From contig CAVYGB010000008.1 of NCBI GenBank assembly GCA_963767925.1, positions 2,176,001 through 2,240,000 of the forward strand: a DNA stretch of 64,000 bases, given 5' to 3'. Below the pieces are notes generated by a model that worked only from the letters and a program-made list of their open reading frames with translations, had not been told where the DNA came from and did not search any database. The stretch comes from an uncultured delta proteobacterium. GTDB taxonomy: Bacteria; Myxococcota_A; Polyangia; Fen-1088. Positions 34,221-44,500 of this stretch are shown one piece after another (position 1 is the stretch's first letter; every line of letters begins with the position of its first letter). The translations under genes and the position numbers were made by a program.

Positions 34221-36869
34221 ATGGCCGCCGCCAAGCTCGCCGCGCTCCTGGTCTGCCTCGCGTGGCAGGGGCCGGCGCACGCGCAGCCGCCGGCGGCCTC
34301 ACCAGCGGCCGCGCTGCGCGTGGTGTCAGGCGCGAACGGCGCGCTCGAGCTGCGGGCCGGCGAACGCCGGCTCGCCGAGATAAAGGTCGTGACGCCGGTC
34401 GCAAAGCGCGGCGAGCCGCGGGTCAGAGAGGCCCATGTCGAGGGCCGGCGGGTTGTCGAGGTGCAGGTCCCGATCCGGGACGAAGACGCCGCCGAGGCCT
34501 GGGTCGGGGCGATCGGATCGGGCGGCGCCAGCCCGATCTGGACCGGACGGCTGGGCGCGGTCGACCCCGACGGGGAGGTGGCCCGGCACCTCGCGCTCGA
34601 AGCGGGCGGCCTTTCGCTCTACCAGGCGGCCGGTCGGATCGCGGGCTGCGATGGGCAGCGGGTGCGGCTGTTCGAGCGTCGCTACGACTTCGCCAGCCGC
34701 CGCTTCAAGGCGGTCGCGACGCTGCCGCCGCCCGGGCCGGGCCCGGTGATCGTGGTCCGGCGGGGTGGCGGCGAGGTGCCGGCGGGACGACCCCGGATCT
34801 CCTTCCCCTTCACGACGACCTCGGCGCCGCCGGTCGACGCGGGCGAGCCAGGCGACGTCGGTCACCTGGTGGCGCCGCTGGCGCTCAACGACGGTGACCC
34901 GGAGACGGTCTGGGCGGAGGGGGACGCCGGCGATGGCCGCGGCGAGGTCCTGACGGCGCGATCGGGGACGGCCGGGCACGCGGTTGTCGGGTTGCGGGTG
35001 TTGCCCGGCGACACCCGCTCGGCCGAGCTGCTCGCCCGCCGGGCCCGCCCCCGGGCGCTGTCGCTGATCCTCGGGCCGGCCCCCGAGCAGCGCTTCGAGG
35101 TGGTGCTCGAGGAGCGCGAGCCGCCGGGGCCGGAGCGCTACCGCAAGCCGTTCTGGATCCCCCTGCCCCGCCCGGTCGTCTCGTCCTGCGTGACGATCGT
35201 GGTGCGGGAGGTGACGCCGGGGACCGGGGCCCGGGATCGGACCACCTCCGCCTGGGGGGACATCGACGTGTTCACCGACCTCGACGGCGAAAAGGGGGTC
35301 GAGCGGCTGGTGGCGGCGATCGAAGGTCCCGACTGCGAGCCGCGCGTCGCCGACGTGGTAGCGGTGGGGGCCCAGGCCCTGCCCGGCCTGGCCCAGTCGC
35401 TGGGGCGGGTCCAGGGCGGCGCCCTCGACTGCGTGCTCGAGGCGCTGGGGCGGCTCGCCCAGGCCCAGCCGCTGCCCGACGAGCAGGGCCGGCTGACCGA
35501 GAGCCTGCTCGCGGCGCTGGGGGCCGCCACCCCCGAGCAGGAACGCCCGATCTTGACCTTGCTGGCGCGCCTGCGCGAGCCGCCGGTCGAGCGCCTGGCC
35601 GCGCGGCTGCGCGACGGCGCGGCCAGCGGCGAGGAGCGGGCCCGCGCCGCCCGCGGGCTGGCTGCCCTCGACCGCACCGACGCCTGGCCGGTCCTGCTGG
35701 GGCACCTCGGCGAGGGTCCCCCGGAGCTGCGGGCCATCCTGCGCGGGCTGTGCGGGGCGGCGCCGGATTCCCTGGTGGCACCGATCCAGTCGGCCATCCG
35801 CTCGGCCCCGCGCGACGAGATCGGCCGGCGCGCGGATCTGGTCTGGGTCCTGGGCGCGCTGGCGGGCCGCGCCGGCCGGCCGCCCAGGCCCGAGGTGGGC
35901 GCGCTGCTCGCAACCCTGGCCGGCGAACGGGACGAGGCGTTCGAGGTTCGAGCCCGGGCGCTCGCGGTGCTCGGCCACTGGCCCGACGAGGGCGCGGTCG
36001 GCGCCCTGGAGAAGGTGCGGGCCGCGTCGCCCGATGCGGCCCTCCGCCTGGTGGCGGTCCGCGCCCTGGCTGCCCGGCCCGAGGCGGCCGCCACGACGGC
36101 CCTGCGGGCGGCGATCGCGGACGCCGATCCGGGCGTGCGGCAGGTCGCCGCCGAGCGGCTGGGCGCTCGCCGCGATCGGGAGGCGACGCCGCTGCTGATC
36201 GGGGCGGCCAAGCAGGAGCCCTGGCCGGCCGTGCGGCGGGCGGAGATCGCCGCACTCGGTGAGCTGTGTGGCCCCGGCGCGAGCGACCTGATCGTGCGGG
36301 CCATCGAGCGCGACGTCGACGACGTCCGCCGGGCGGCCCTGCGGGGCCTCGTCTCCTGCAAGGACGGCCGGGCCCCGGCCCGCCTCCTGTCGGTGCTGTC
36401 GCAGCCGCGCGAGAAGAGCGCCCTGCGGAACCAGGCCGCCCTCCTGCTGTTCGATCTGAAGGACCGCAGCACGGCCCCCGGCCTGGCGGGCGCCCTGGAG
36501 CGGCTGCTCGTCGAGGCGCAGGCCGACCTGGCGCTGGAGGCGACCGCCACCGCTACCTTGCGGGCGCTGGCCGAGGTGGGCGGCCCGGTGGCCCTGCAAG
36601 CGGCCCTCAAGCTCCGCTCGGATCCCCGCCCGGTGGTGCGACGAAGCGCCAGCGAGGCGCTCGGCCGGCTGTGCGACCCGGGCGCCGGCGCCCAGGCCCT
36701 GCGCGCCGCCACCCGCGACCCCGACGCGGCGGTGGCAGCCGCCGCCGCCGCGGCCCTGCGCCGCTGTGGCGCGGCCCAGGGGCGAAATTCTGGTAACGGT
36801 GGTCAATTCTCGCCAGGTGCGGGACTTCGCCAAGGCCACGGGTGTGCTGGCCAAGACCGACAGGATTGA
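34221..36869 (+). CDS. Secreted protein with discoidin-like region and C-terminal HEAT repeats
   Basis: Signal peptide AHA; LNDGDPETVWAEG...GRGE; repeats such as DADPGVRQVAAERLG and DPRPVVRRSASEALG. Confidence 0.85.
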   Translation: MAAAKLAALLVCLAWQGPAHAQPPAASPAAALRVVSGANGALELRAGERRLAEIKVVTPVAKRGEPRVREAHVEGRRVVEVQVPIRDEDAAEAWVGAIGSGGASPIWTGRLGAVDPDGEVARHLALEAGGLSLYQAAGRIAGCDGQRVRLFERRYDFASRRFKAVATLPPPGPGPVIVVRRGGGEVPAGRPRISFPFTTTSAPPVDAGEPGDVGHLVAPLALNDGDPETVWAEGDAGDGRGEVLTARSGTAGHAVVGLRVLPGDTRSAELLARRARPRALSLILGPAPEQRFEVVLEEREPPGPERYRKPFWIPLPRPVVSSCVTIVVREVTPGTGARDRTTSAWGDIDVFTDLDGEKGVERLVAAIEGPDCEPRVADVVAVGAQALPGLAQSLGRVQGGALDCVLEALGRLAQAQPLPDEQGRLTESLLAALGAATPEQERPILTLLARLREPPVERLAARLRDGAASGEERARAARGLAALDRTDAWPVLLGHLGEGPPELRAILRGLCGAAPDSLVAPIQSAIRSAPRDEIGRRADLVWVLGALAGRAGRPPRPEVGALLATLAGERDEAFEVRARALAVLGHWPDEGAVGALEKVRAASPDAALRLVAVRALAARPEAAATTALRAAIADADPGVRQVAAERLGARRDREATPLLIGAAKQEPWPAVRRAEIAALGELCGPGASDLIVRAIERDVDDVRRAALRGLVSCKDGRAPARLLSVLSQPREKSALRNQAALLLFDLKDRSTAPGLAGALERLLVEAQADLALEATATATLRALAEVGGPVALQAALKLRSDPRPVVRRSASEALGRLCDPGAGAQALRAATRDPDAAVAAAAAAALRRCGAAQGRNSGNGGQFSPGAGLRQGHGCAGQDRQD

Positions 36870-36950
36870 CGGACGAATCCTGGCCAGATTCGCGGGAGCC
36901 ATCCGCCCAGAGCCCCGGCACCTGCCGACGCCGGAGGCCAAGGACCTCGG
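36780..36950 (+). mobile_element. IS110-family transposase internal remnant
   Basis: VVNSRQVRDFAKATGVLAKTDRIDGRILARFAGAIRPEPR contains the IS110 AKTDxxD motif. Confidence 0.85.
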
Positions 36951-37118
36951 GGATGGTTTTGGTGCCGGTGGACCCGACACCATTGCGCCAGCCGTCTGAG
37001 CGCCTGCTGTGAAACGCCCTGAGGCGGTCTTACATCCGGCAGCCCGCCGTCCCCTCAGCGTGCCTGTCCGCAAGTGCCTGTGGCCAGGAAGTCGAAGACC
37101 TCCGGCGAACCTCCCACC

Positions 37119-37390
37119 GTAGCCGTCCGGCCGGCGACGGCGTGACGGCTCCGCGGGCCCGGGTTACTCAGGTAACGTGAGGCGGAGGTCGCCGTCAGCC
37201 CGACTGGCGCCACTTGTGGGGCAGCAAGTCGTTGAGGGCGGCAGCGGGGTGGGAGCCGATGCGGCCGAGGACGTCGGTCAGATAGGCGATGGGTTCGACG
37301 CCGTTCGCGTCGCAGGTGGCGGTGAGGGAGTAGAGACCGGCGATGTTGTCGCCCGCCTCCTCGTGCCCGACGAACAAGAAGTTCTTCCTC
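37119..37390 (-). mobile_element. IS66-family 3' remnant (TnpC C-terminus plus right end), copy A
   Basis: RKNFLFVGHEEAGDNIAGLYSLTATCDANGVEPIAYLTDVL...LLPHKW; candidate end GTAGCCGTCCG at 37119. Confidence 0.85.
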
Positions 37391-37421
37391 TTATGCAGAG
37401 CTCCGCATAAGAGGAAGAACT
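37380..37421. repeat. 42-bp near-perfect palindrome joining the two IS66 remnants
   Basis: AGTTCTTCCTCTTATGC-AGAGCTCC-GCATAAGAGGAAGAACT, single mismatch. Confidence 0.95.
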
Positions 37422-37720
37422 ACCTCTTCGCGGGATCGGACACCGGTGGCGAGCGCGCAGCGATCGCGCACACGATCCTCGGCTCCTGCCGCCTGGTCGG
37501 CGTGAATCCCGTCGCGTACCTGACGGACGTCCTCCCGCGCCTCGGCCGCCGCGTGCGGCTACGTGATCTCCCGGCGCTCATGCCCGCCAAGTGGAGGGCG
37601 GAGCGATCCGCGGGCGCCGCGGGGGACGCCGCCGCCGTCCCGGCCGGCTGACCCAAGGTCACCTCAGGGATCAAGAAGGAAACCGCTGGGGCGGCGGGGT
37701 GCGTTTCAGCGGACGGACAC
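37411..37720 (+). mobile_element. IS66-family 3' remnant (TnpC C-terminus plus right end), copy B
   Basis: RKNYLFAGSDTGGERAAIAHTILGSCRLVGVNPVAYLTDVL...LMPAKW; candidate end CGGACGGACAC at 37710-37720. Confidence 0.85.
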
Positions 37721-38150
37721 CCACGCTCTGCTGTCCCGGGCCAGCTTCGCGCCGGACAAGGCGCTGCATCTTCCACAGGATCTGACGGCCCAGGAGGAGC
37801 TGGCCATCCTTCACGACCTCCGGCTCCTCCCGGGTGACGAGCGGGGCCGGGTCCTCTCCATCGTCGCCGCCTTGGGCGTTGACCCCGATCGCCTGCTTGC
37901 CTCGCGGCGGCTGTCGCCCGGGGAGGCGCGCAAGGTGCTACTGGCTCTCGGCCTCGGGCGGAACGTGTGGGCGCTCGTCCTCGACGAGCCGACAAATCAT
38001 CAGGACCTATCCTCTATCGAGCGGATCGAAGAGGCGGTGGAACGTTTCCCGGGCGCCCTGCTTCTCGTGACCCACGACGACCATTTCGCCTCCGCCGCCG
38101 GCACCTCTGTTCGCTGGCGAATCGCGGAGGGACCGGTCTCCGTCGAATGA
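37721..38150 (+). pseudogene. ABC-F-type ATPase C-terminal fragment
   Basis: LSPGEARK signature, LVLDEPTNH, LLVTHD; no start or Walker A; abuts the IS66 end. Confidence 0.8.
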
Positions 38151-38155
38151 GAGGC

Positions 38156-39600
38156 TCAAGCCGGTTCGCTCGGTGCCGGGCTCGAGCTGGACTCGGTGCG
38201 ACCGCTTCGCGGGGCGTTCTGGAGGTCCGTGAGCCGGGCATAGACTGCGTGGTTCTGCAGCAGATCGTCGTGGCTCCCCGTCTCGATGATCTTGCCCTTC
38301 TCCAGCACGACGATCAGGTCCGCGTTCCGCACCGTGCTCAGGCGGTGGGCGATCACCAGGGTGGTCCGTCCCACCCGCAGGCGATCCAGCGTGCACGTAT
38401 TGTTCGCTCTCGCTGTCCAGGGCGCTGGTGGCCTCATCGAGCACAAGGACGCGCGGCTGCCGCAGAATGGCCCGGGCGATCGCGATCCGCTGCCGCTGAC
38501 CACCGCTCAGAGTCACCCCCCGTTCGCCAACGAGCGTATCGAAGCCGGCGGGCAGCTCCCGGATGAACTTGTCGGCGTGGGCCTGCGCCGCGGCCTCCTC
38601 GACCGCCGCGTCGCTGGCATCCGGGACGGCGTACCGGATGTTGTCCCGGACCGTTCCCGTGAACAGGACGGGATCCTGGGACACCAAAGCTAGCTGCCGC
38701 CGCAGGTCGGCCAGGGGAAATTCCCGGATATCGGTGCCGTCGATCAGCAGCCGTCCCTCCGTGGGATCGAAGAAGCGGAAGACCAACCTACCGAGGGTTG
38801 TCTTGCCCGAGCCACTGGCGCCGACCAGCCCGCAGACCTGCCGGCGGGGATCGACAGGCTGACGCGGCTGAGAACAGCTTCGCTATCCGAGCCGTAGCGA
38901 AAGCCGACGTTCTCGAATTCTATCTGGCCGGTCGTGACGCGGACCTTCCCACCCGTCTCGGCCGGCCCCCGCTCGGGCACCTCGTCCAGCAGGTGGAACA
39001 CCTGGCGACTGGCGCCGAGCGCCGCCTGGAGGTCGGCCCAGAGCTGGATCAGCATCCCAGATGCACCCTGGACGTACATCGCATATCCCAGGAGGGCTAT
39101 CAGCTCGCCGGTGCTCGTCGTCCCGGCAATGACCATCCGTCCACCCATCCAGAAGAGCCCGACGATGGCGCCGAATACCAGGAAGGTGGTGACGCTGGCC
39201 AGGGCGGCCTCCTGGGCCGCTTTGCGCTGGTACAGGAGGTACGCCCCCTCCAGCAGGGCTCCAAAGCGCGAGCCCTCTCGCTTCTCCCCGCCGAAGGTCT
39301 TGACGGTCTCGATGCCCGCCACGCCCTCCTGGAACGCGCCCATGGCGCCGGCAAGCTCGCCCTGGGCTCTTTCGCTGGTGTTCTGAATCTGCTTGCCCAG
39401 GGCATGCGCCGCCATCAGCAGGGGGGGAATGGCGGCGAGCATGGCCAGGGTAAGGGTGGGACTGATCACAGTCATCATGATGATCCCCCCGATGAGACCG
39501 AACGGCCCGCGCACCAGGTAAGCCGGCGCCGTGGTCAGGCTCGCCCGCAGCTGGGCGATGTCGTTGGACACCGCGGACTGCAGCTCCCCCGTGAGCGGCG
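38156..39600 (-). pseudogene. MsbA-like ABC exporter (TMD plus NBD), 5'-truncated and frameshifted
   Basis: TM helices; [44 protein letters not shown]; spread over at least three frames. Confidence 0.85.
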
Positions 39601-39951
39601 GTTTTGGGAGCCGAAGGCAAGGCCAACCACCGAGGCGGCCGCCGCGATGGCCGCCCGGTGAAGTCCACCATTTGTGCGGCGGCGAGCACTGAGTTCGGCG
39701 CTCGACGACAACGTCTCGAGGACGCGGACCAGCGCCTTTACGAGCTCGCCTTTGGCCACAGCCTCGACCTCCGAGCCCGTCCGGGGTGGCGCGCAGACGA
39801 GCCAGCTCGGCGACGGGCCGGCGTCCCGAGAACTGTTGCTGGGAAAGGAGGACGGGAGTCGTTTCTCAGCAGCGCCGCGCTCTGAGACGTCGGCCAGCGG
39901 AGGCTGAGCGGGGCCTATGGGCACTAAGAGTGAGCCGCTGAAACCTGTGAA

Positions 39952-40753
39952 TTACGCACGAGAGGCAGCGTTGAAGGCAATCAGCGCACAGGCGAGCCGA
40001 ACGAAGGCTAAGTAATTCTCGGCTTTGCGTTCCCAGCGGATGAGAAGACCTCGATATCGGTTGTGCCAGCTGTTGGTGCGCTCTACCACCCAGCGTCGCG
40101 GCCTACCGTGAACACAGCCGACCAGTGGTGGTTCGCCTCGCCGGCGGATGTGAGGAACGATTCGACGGCGGCGAACCTCCTGCTCACAGTCGGCGTAGTC
40201 GTAGCCTTTGTCGAGGCACAAGTTCTTGGGGCGACGTGGACCACGAGGGCCCCGCAGGACCATGGCATCCAGGGTCTGGCCCACCATCCACTTGTCGTGC
40301 ACGTTCGCCCCTGTGATGGTGACGGCCAGGGGCACGCCGTCGGCGTCGGTCAGGATGTGGCGCTTGGTCCCGAGTTTGGCCCGATCGGTCGGACTGGGGC
40401 CGGTGAGGTCCCCCCTTTTGGTGCCTTGACAGTGGCGCTGTCGAGCGAGCACCAGCTCAGGTCGACGCCAACATGCTGGTCGTAGTAGAGGACCATCTCC
40501 ACGTGCATCATGTGGAACACGCCCGCCGCTCGCCACTGCTGGAACCGGTGGTAGCACACGCTGCCGCTGCCGAACTCGCGGGGGATGGCATCCCATTGGG
40601 CACCCGGTCTTGAGCTTGTAGACGATTCCGGACATGACCTTGCGGTTGTCGTTCGGCGGTCGGCCGCCTTTGGGACTGCGTGCTCGCTTGGGAATCCCAA
40701 ACGCGCGTGCACTCCCAAACCTCTTCGGGGATGTCTTCGAATTGTGCCGTCAT
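39952..40753 (-). CDS. IS5-family DDE transposase (probable programmed frameshift at AAAAGGGGGG plus two extra indels)
   Basis: GIVYKLKTGC, QWDAIPREFG, LDSATVKAPKGG, GTKRHILTD, DKGYD, RRWVVERTNSW. Confidence 0.92.
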
Positions 40754-40898
40754 GGACAGTAGAGATCACGACCTGACGGGCTCGGCAAATTTTCGCTTGA
40801 ATTGGCACTCGCGCACCGTCGGTTGCAGCCACTGCGATGTCCCGGTCGCTGGTCTGGTCGGGCGCAACCAAGCCCCAACCGCCGCCGATAACCTGGTC

Positions 40899-41268
40899 AT
40901 GTCGCCGGGGCCCCGCACCTTTGACCATCATCGGCTCGACGCTTTCTGCGTGGCCCGCGATGCTCTACGCTTGGGCGACGCTCTTGCGCGGAGAATGCCA
41001 CGCGGGTATGCGACGTTGCAGGACCAGCTTCGGCGCGCTGTTGTCGGCATACCTGGGCATCGCCGAGGCATCCAGCCGAACGGGCGCCGACAGGATCTCA
41101 CGGTTCCGCACCGCCAGAGGCGAAGCGTCCGAGGCGGCAGCCGCCTTGGAGGCGGTTGCAATCCTGGGACTTGCTCCCGATACCGAGATCGAAGCGGTGA
41201 TGTCTCTGCTCGACCGGCTGTGCGCGATGCTCACTCGGCTCGCCGGCATGCACCGCCACCAACCCTGA
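40899..41268 (+). CDS. Four-helix-bundle protein (23S rRNA IVP/Avd-like fold), frameshift near 41037
   Basis: FDHHRLDAFCVA, LQDQLRRA, then S.YLGIAEASSR...RFRTARGEASE...LDRLCAMLTRL in the next frame. Confidence 0.85.
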
Positions 41269-41283
41269 TGACTGCCGCGGCTG

Positions 41284-41461
41284 TCGTGGTCGTGCTCGTG
41301 TGCGAGCCCGTGTTCGAGTTCGTGTCCGTGTGTGGTGAGCGTGTTCGGCCCGCGGGCCTCGGCTCGCGTGATTTACGCGCACCGAGAGCCGCCTGGCCGC
41401 TCAACGCTCGCCCCACACGAACTCGAACACGAACACGCGCTCGAACACGCCCACGAGCACG
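41284..41461. repeat. Long imperfect hairpin with arms made of CG(T/A)GNN hexamer repeats
   Basis: Left CGTGCTCGTGTGCGAGCCCGTGTTCGAGTTCGTG... pairs with right ...CACGAACTCGAACACGAACACGCGCTCGAACACGCCCACGAGCACG; apex GCGTG-ATT-TACGC. Confidence 0.9.
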
Positions 41462-41527
41462 CGTCCCGCCCTCGATACCTCGTTTCGCCCATCGGCGCAA
41501 ATTCTCCACAGGTTTCAGCGGCTGGCT

Positions 41528-44500
41528 CTAAGTCCGGGGCAAGCTGGCCAGCGCCTGGCGCAGGTCCGCGTTTTTGGGGTCGGTCTCCAGGCCCCGCTCG
41601 AAGAGGTTGCGGGCCTTGGGGACCTCGTTGGCCGCCAGGTGCAGGCGTCCGAGGGACAGGTAGACCTCGGCCTTGGTGATGCCTGCCGCCTTCTCGTCGA
41701 AGCTCTGCAGCAGCAGGGCCCGGAAGTAGCGGCGCGCCTTCTCGCTGTTGCCCTCGGCCAGGGCCAGCCGCCCCAGCGAGGCCACCACGGCCGGCTGGGC
41801 CGGGTCGAGCTGGTAGGCCGCCTCGAACCGCTGCAGGGCCGCCGCGTTGTCGCCCCGGCGCTCGGCCAGGCCGCCGAGCGCACGTTGCACGCGGGCCAGC
41901 GCCCGGTTCTGCTTGGCCTTGCCGAGCTTCTGGGCCAGCTCGAGCAGGATCTTCTCGGCCTCCTCGGTGCGGCCGGCGGCCGCCATGGCCGCCGCCAGAT
42001 CCTCCTGGACCTGGGGGTCGCCCCCGTCCTGGGCGGCCAGCTCCGAGAGGGCCGTCACCGCGCGGTCGGGCGCCGCCAGCGGCCCCCGATAGAGGGCGGC
42101 GATCTCGCTCAGGAGCGCCTTGCGATCGCTCGCCGGCGTGTGCTTGAGCCGCTGCTCGAGCAGCTTGACCAGCCGGGCCGAGTCGCCCTGCTTGCGCGCC
42201 CGCTCCTCCGCGGCCCGGGCCCCTTCGGGGTGGTCGGGATCGGCGTCGAGGGCCGCCCGCAGCGCGGTCTCCACCTCCGTGTCGGAGGCACCCTGCGCGG
42301 CGAGCACCCGGCTGCGCCGGAAGTGCACCTCCGCCCGATCACGGTTGGTCCCGGTGGCCCGGGCGGCCCGCTCGAGCACCGAGGCGGCCTCACCCCACTG
42401 CTCGTCCTGCTCGTGCAGGGCGGCCAGCGCCAGCAAGGCGCCGGCGTGGTCCTCCTTGCGGGCCAGGATCTTGTCCACCGACTCGCGGGCGCTCTGCTTG
42501 TCGCCCAGCCGCCGGCTCCAGATGTCGGCGATGGCCAGCCGGCTGGCCAGCTCGGCCTCCACGTCCTTGGCCCCCTCCAGGTTGGCCCGCCGCTCGTGCA
42601 GCTCGATCAGGTCGTACCAGCGCTCGTGCTGCTCGAGCAGGCGGGTGAGCCGGTCGGTGGCCCCCCGGTTGACCGGGTCGATGTCCAGGATCTGGTGCAG
42701 GTAGCTGGTGGCCCGCTCCACGTCCGTCAGGCGCTCCTCGGCGTTGCGAGCGAGCGCGAGCAGGGCGTCCACCTTCTCCCCACCCTCCGCGACGGACAGC
42801 CGGCGCAGCAGGACCTCCTCGAGCGCCGAGTAGTCCCCCCGCCCCTCCTCGAGCGCGGCCAGGGCGGCCAGCGCCGACCGATCGGCCGGCGAGATGTCGA
42901 GCACCTCACGGAAGGCCGCCGCGGCGCCGTCGTTGTCCTGCAGGGGGCCCCGCCGCAGCTCTCCGATCCGGAAGAACAGGGAGGCCCGCTCCTCCTTCAC
43001 CTCGCTCACCCGGGCCCGGTCCTCGAGGACCGCGACGAGCTGGGCGGTGTTGCCCTGCTGCTCGAGCAGCCGGGCCAGCTCGTCGAGCGCCTCGGTGTTG
43101 CCCTGATCGTCGTCCCGGATGGCCTGCCAGGCCGCGGTGGCGGAGGCCGCCTCCCCCAGGCCCTCGAACAGGCGCGCCGCCTCGGCGTAAAACGTCCGCC
43201 GGCGCTCCGACTCCATCTCGACCGCCCCCCGCTGCTCGAGCACCTTGGCCAGCTTCTCGTTCTCGTTGCGGCTGCGGTAGAGGTTCTCCAGGGCCTCCAG
43301 GGCCCGGCCGTTCTCCGCCTCCTCGACGAGGACCCGCCGGTACAGGCGCTCGGCCTCCGCGTGATAGGCGTTCTTGGGGGTGGCCGCCCGCTCGTACAGG
43401 GCGGCGGCGCGCAGGCTCAGCTCGACGAGCCCCCCACCTCCGGCCTGCTGATCGAGGGCCGCCTCCATGGCCCGGGCCGCGGCGATGGGCTGGTTCTGGG
43501 CCAGGGCCACCCGCTCGAGGGCCTCGGCCGTGTCGGGCACCGAGGGGTCCTCCTTGAGCGAATGCCCGAGCGCCTCGAGGGCCCGGGTGTGATCGCTCAG
43601 CTTGGTCTCGGCGATCTCGGCCACCCGCTTCCACCACATCCCCCGCTCGGGCCCCCCGCTCTCGAGCGCCACCCGCACCTGGTAAAGCGAGGCCAGCTCG
43701 GCGTAGTCGCCCCGGCTCTCGGCCAGCGGCTCGAGGATGTCGACCACCTCCCGGCGCAGCTCGACGTCGGACAGCAGGTCCCGCAGGGCGGAGAGCGCCT
43801 TGGGGTGGGTGGGCAGCCGCTCGAGGGCGTCCCGGAAGGCGGTGACCGACCCTTCGCGGTCGGCCAGCTTGCCCAGGCGCAGCTCACCGAGCGAGGCCAG
43901 CAAGGTGGCCTGCTGGGTGGCATCGTGGGTCACCTCCACCTCGCGCTCGAGCACCTCTTCGAGGTCCTTCCAGCGCCCCAGCTTCGTGAGCAGCACCTCC
44001 AGCCGGGCCAGCGCCGCGACCTCCTGGCCGGGCACGCTGGCAATCCGCCGCAGGAAATCTGCCGCCCGGCTCGAGTTGTCGAGCCGCTCCTCGTACAGGC
44101 CGGCGACCTGCCAGGCCAGGCTCTGCTCCAGCTCGGGGTCGATGCTCTGGGAGAGCTGGGCCTCGTACACCTCGGCCAGGCGGGCGTATTCGCCGCTGGC
44201 CGCCGCCAGGCGGTCGAGCGCCTCGCGGGGGACCGCCTCCCGGGGATCCTCGGCGAAGGCGGCGCTCCAGGCCTCGAAGGCCAGCCGGCTATCGCCCTGC
44301 TCCTTCTCCCGGATGCGCGCGATCTCGGTGAGGATCTCGATGCGCACGCCGGGCGTCTCCTCCACCTGGAGCCGGAGCTCGAGCAGCTCGACGAGCTGAG
44401 CCCACTCGCGCTGAGCCCGCAGCACCGGCTCGAGGGCGGCGACCGCCTGCAGCCGGAAGGCCTCGGCGCCGGCGATCCGCCAGAGGGCCTCCCGGGCGGT

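Larger units (their letters stand above)
39928..41528 (-). mobile_element. IS5-family element (IS427/IS1031-like), 1601 bp, with internal passenger cassette
   Basis: TIRs GAGTGAGCCGCTGAAACCTGTG (39928) and reverse complement GAGCCAGCCGCTGAAACCTGTG (ends 41528), 20/22 match; TAA duplication at 39925-39927 and 41529-41531. Confidence 0.92.

Noticed and set aside
37391..37421. Chromosomal dif site
   Set aside because: The arms are arranged TTATGC-N8-GCATAA, opposite to dif (GCATAA-N6-TTATG), and there is no XerD arm
40899..41461. Diversity-generating retroelement (Avd-like protein plus hairpin)
   Set aside because: No reverse transcriptase and no TR/VR pair with adenine-specific mismatches seen in the window
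41284..41461. CRISPR array or integron attC site
   Set aside because: Units are 6 bp with no spacers; no cas or intI genes; no clear RYYYAAC/GTTRRRY ends
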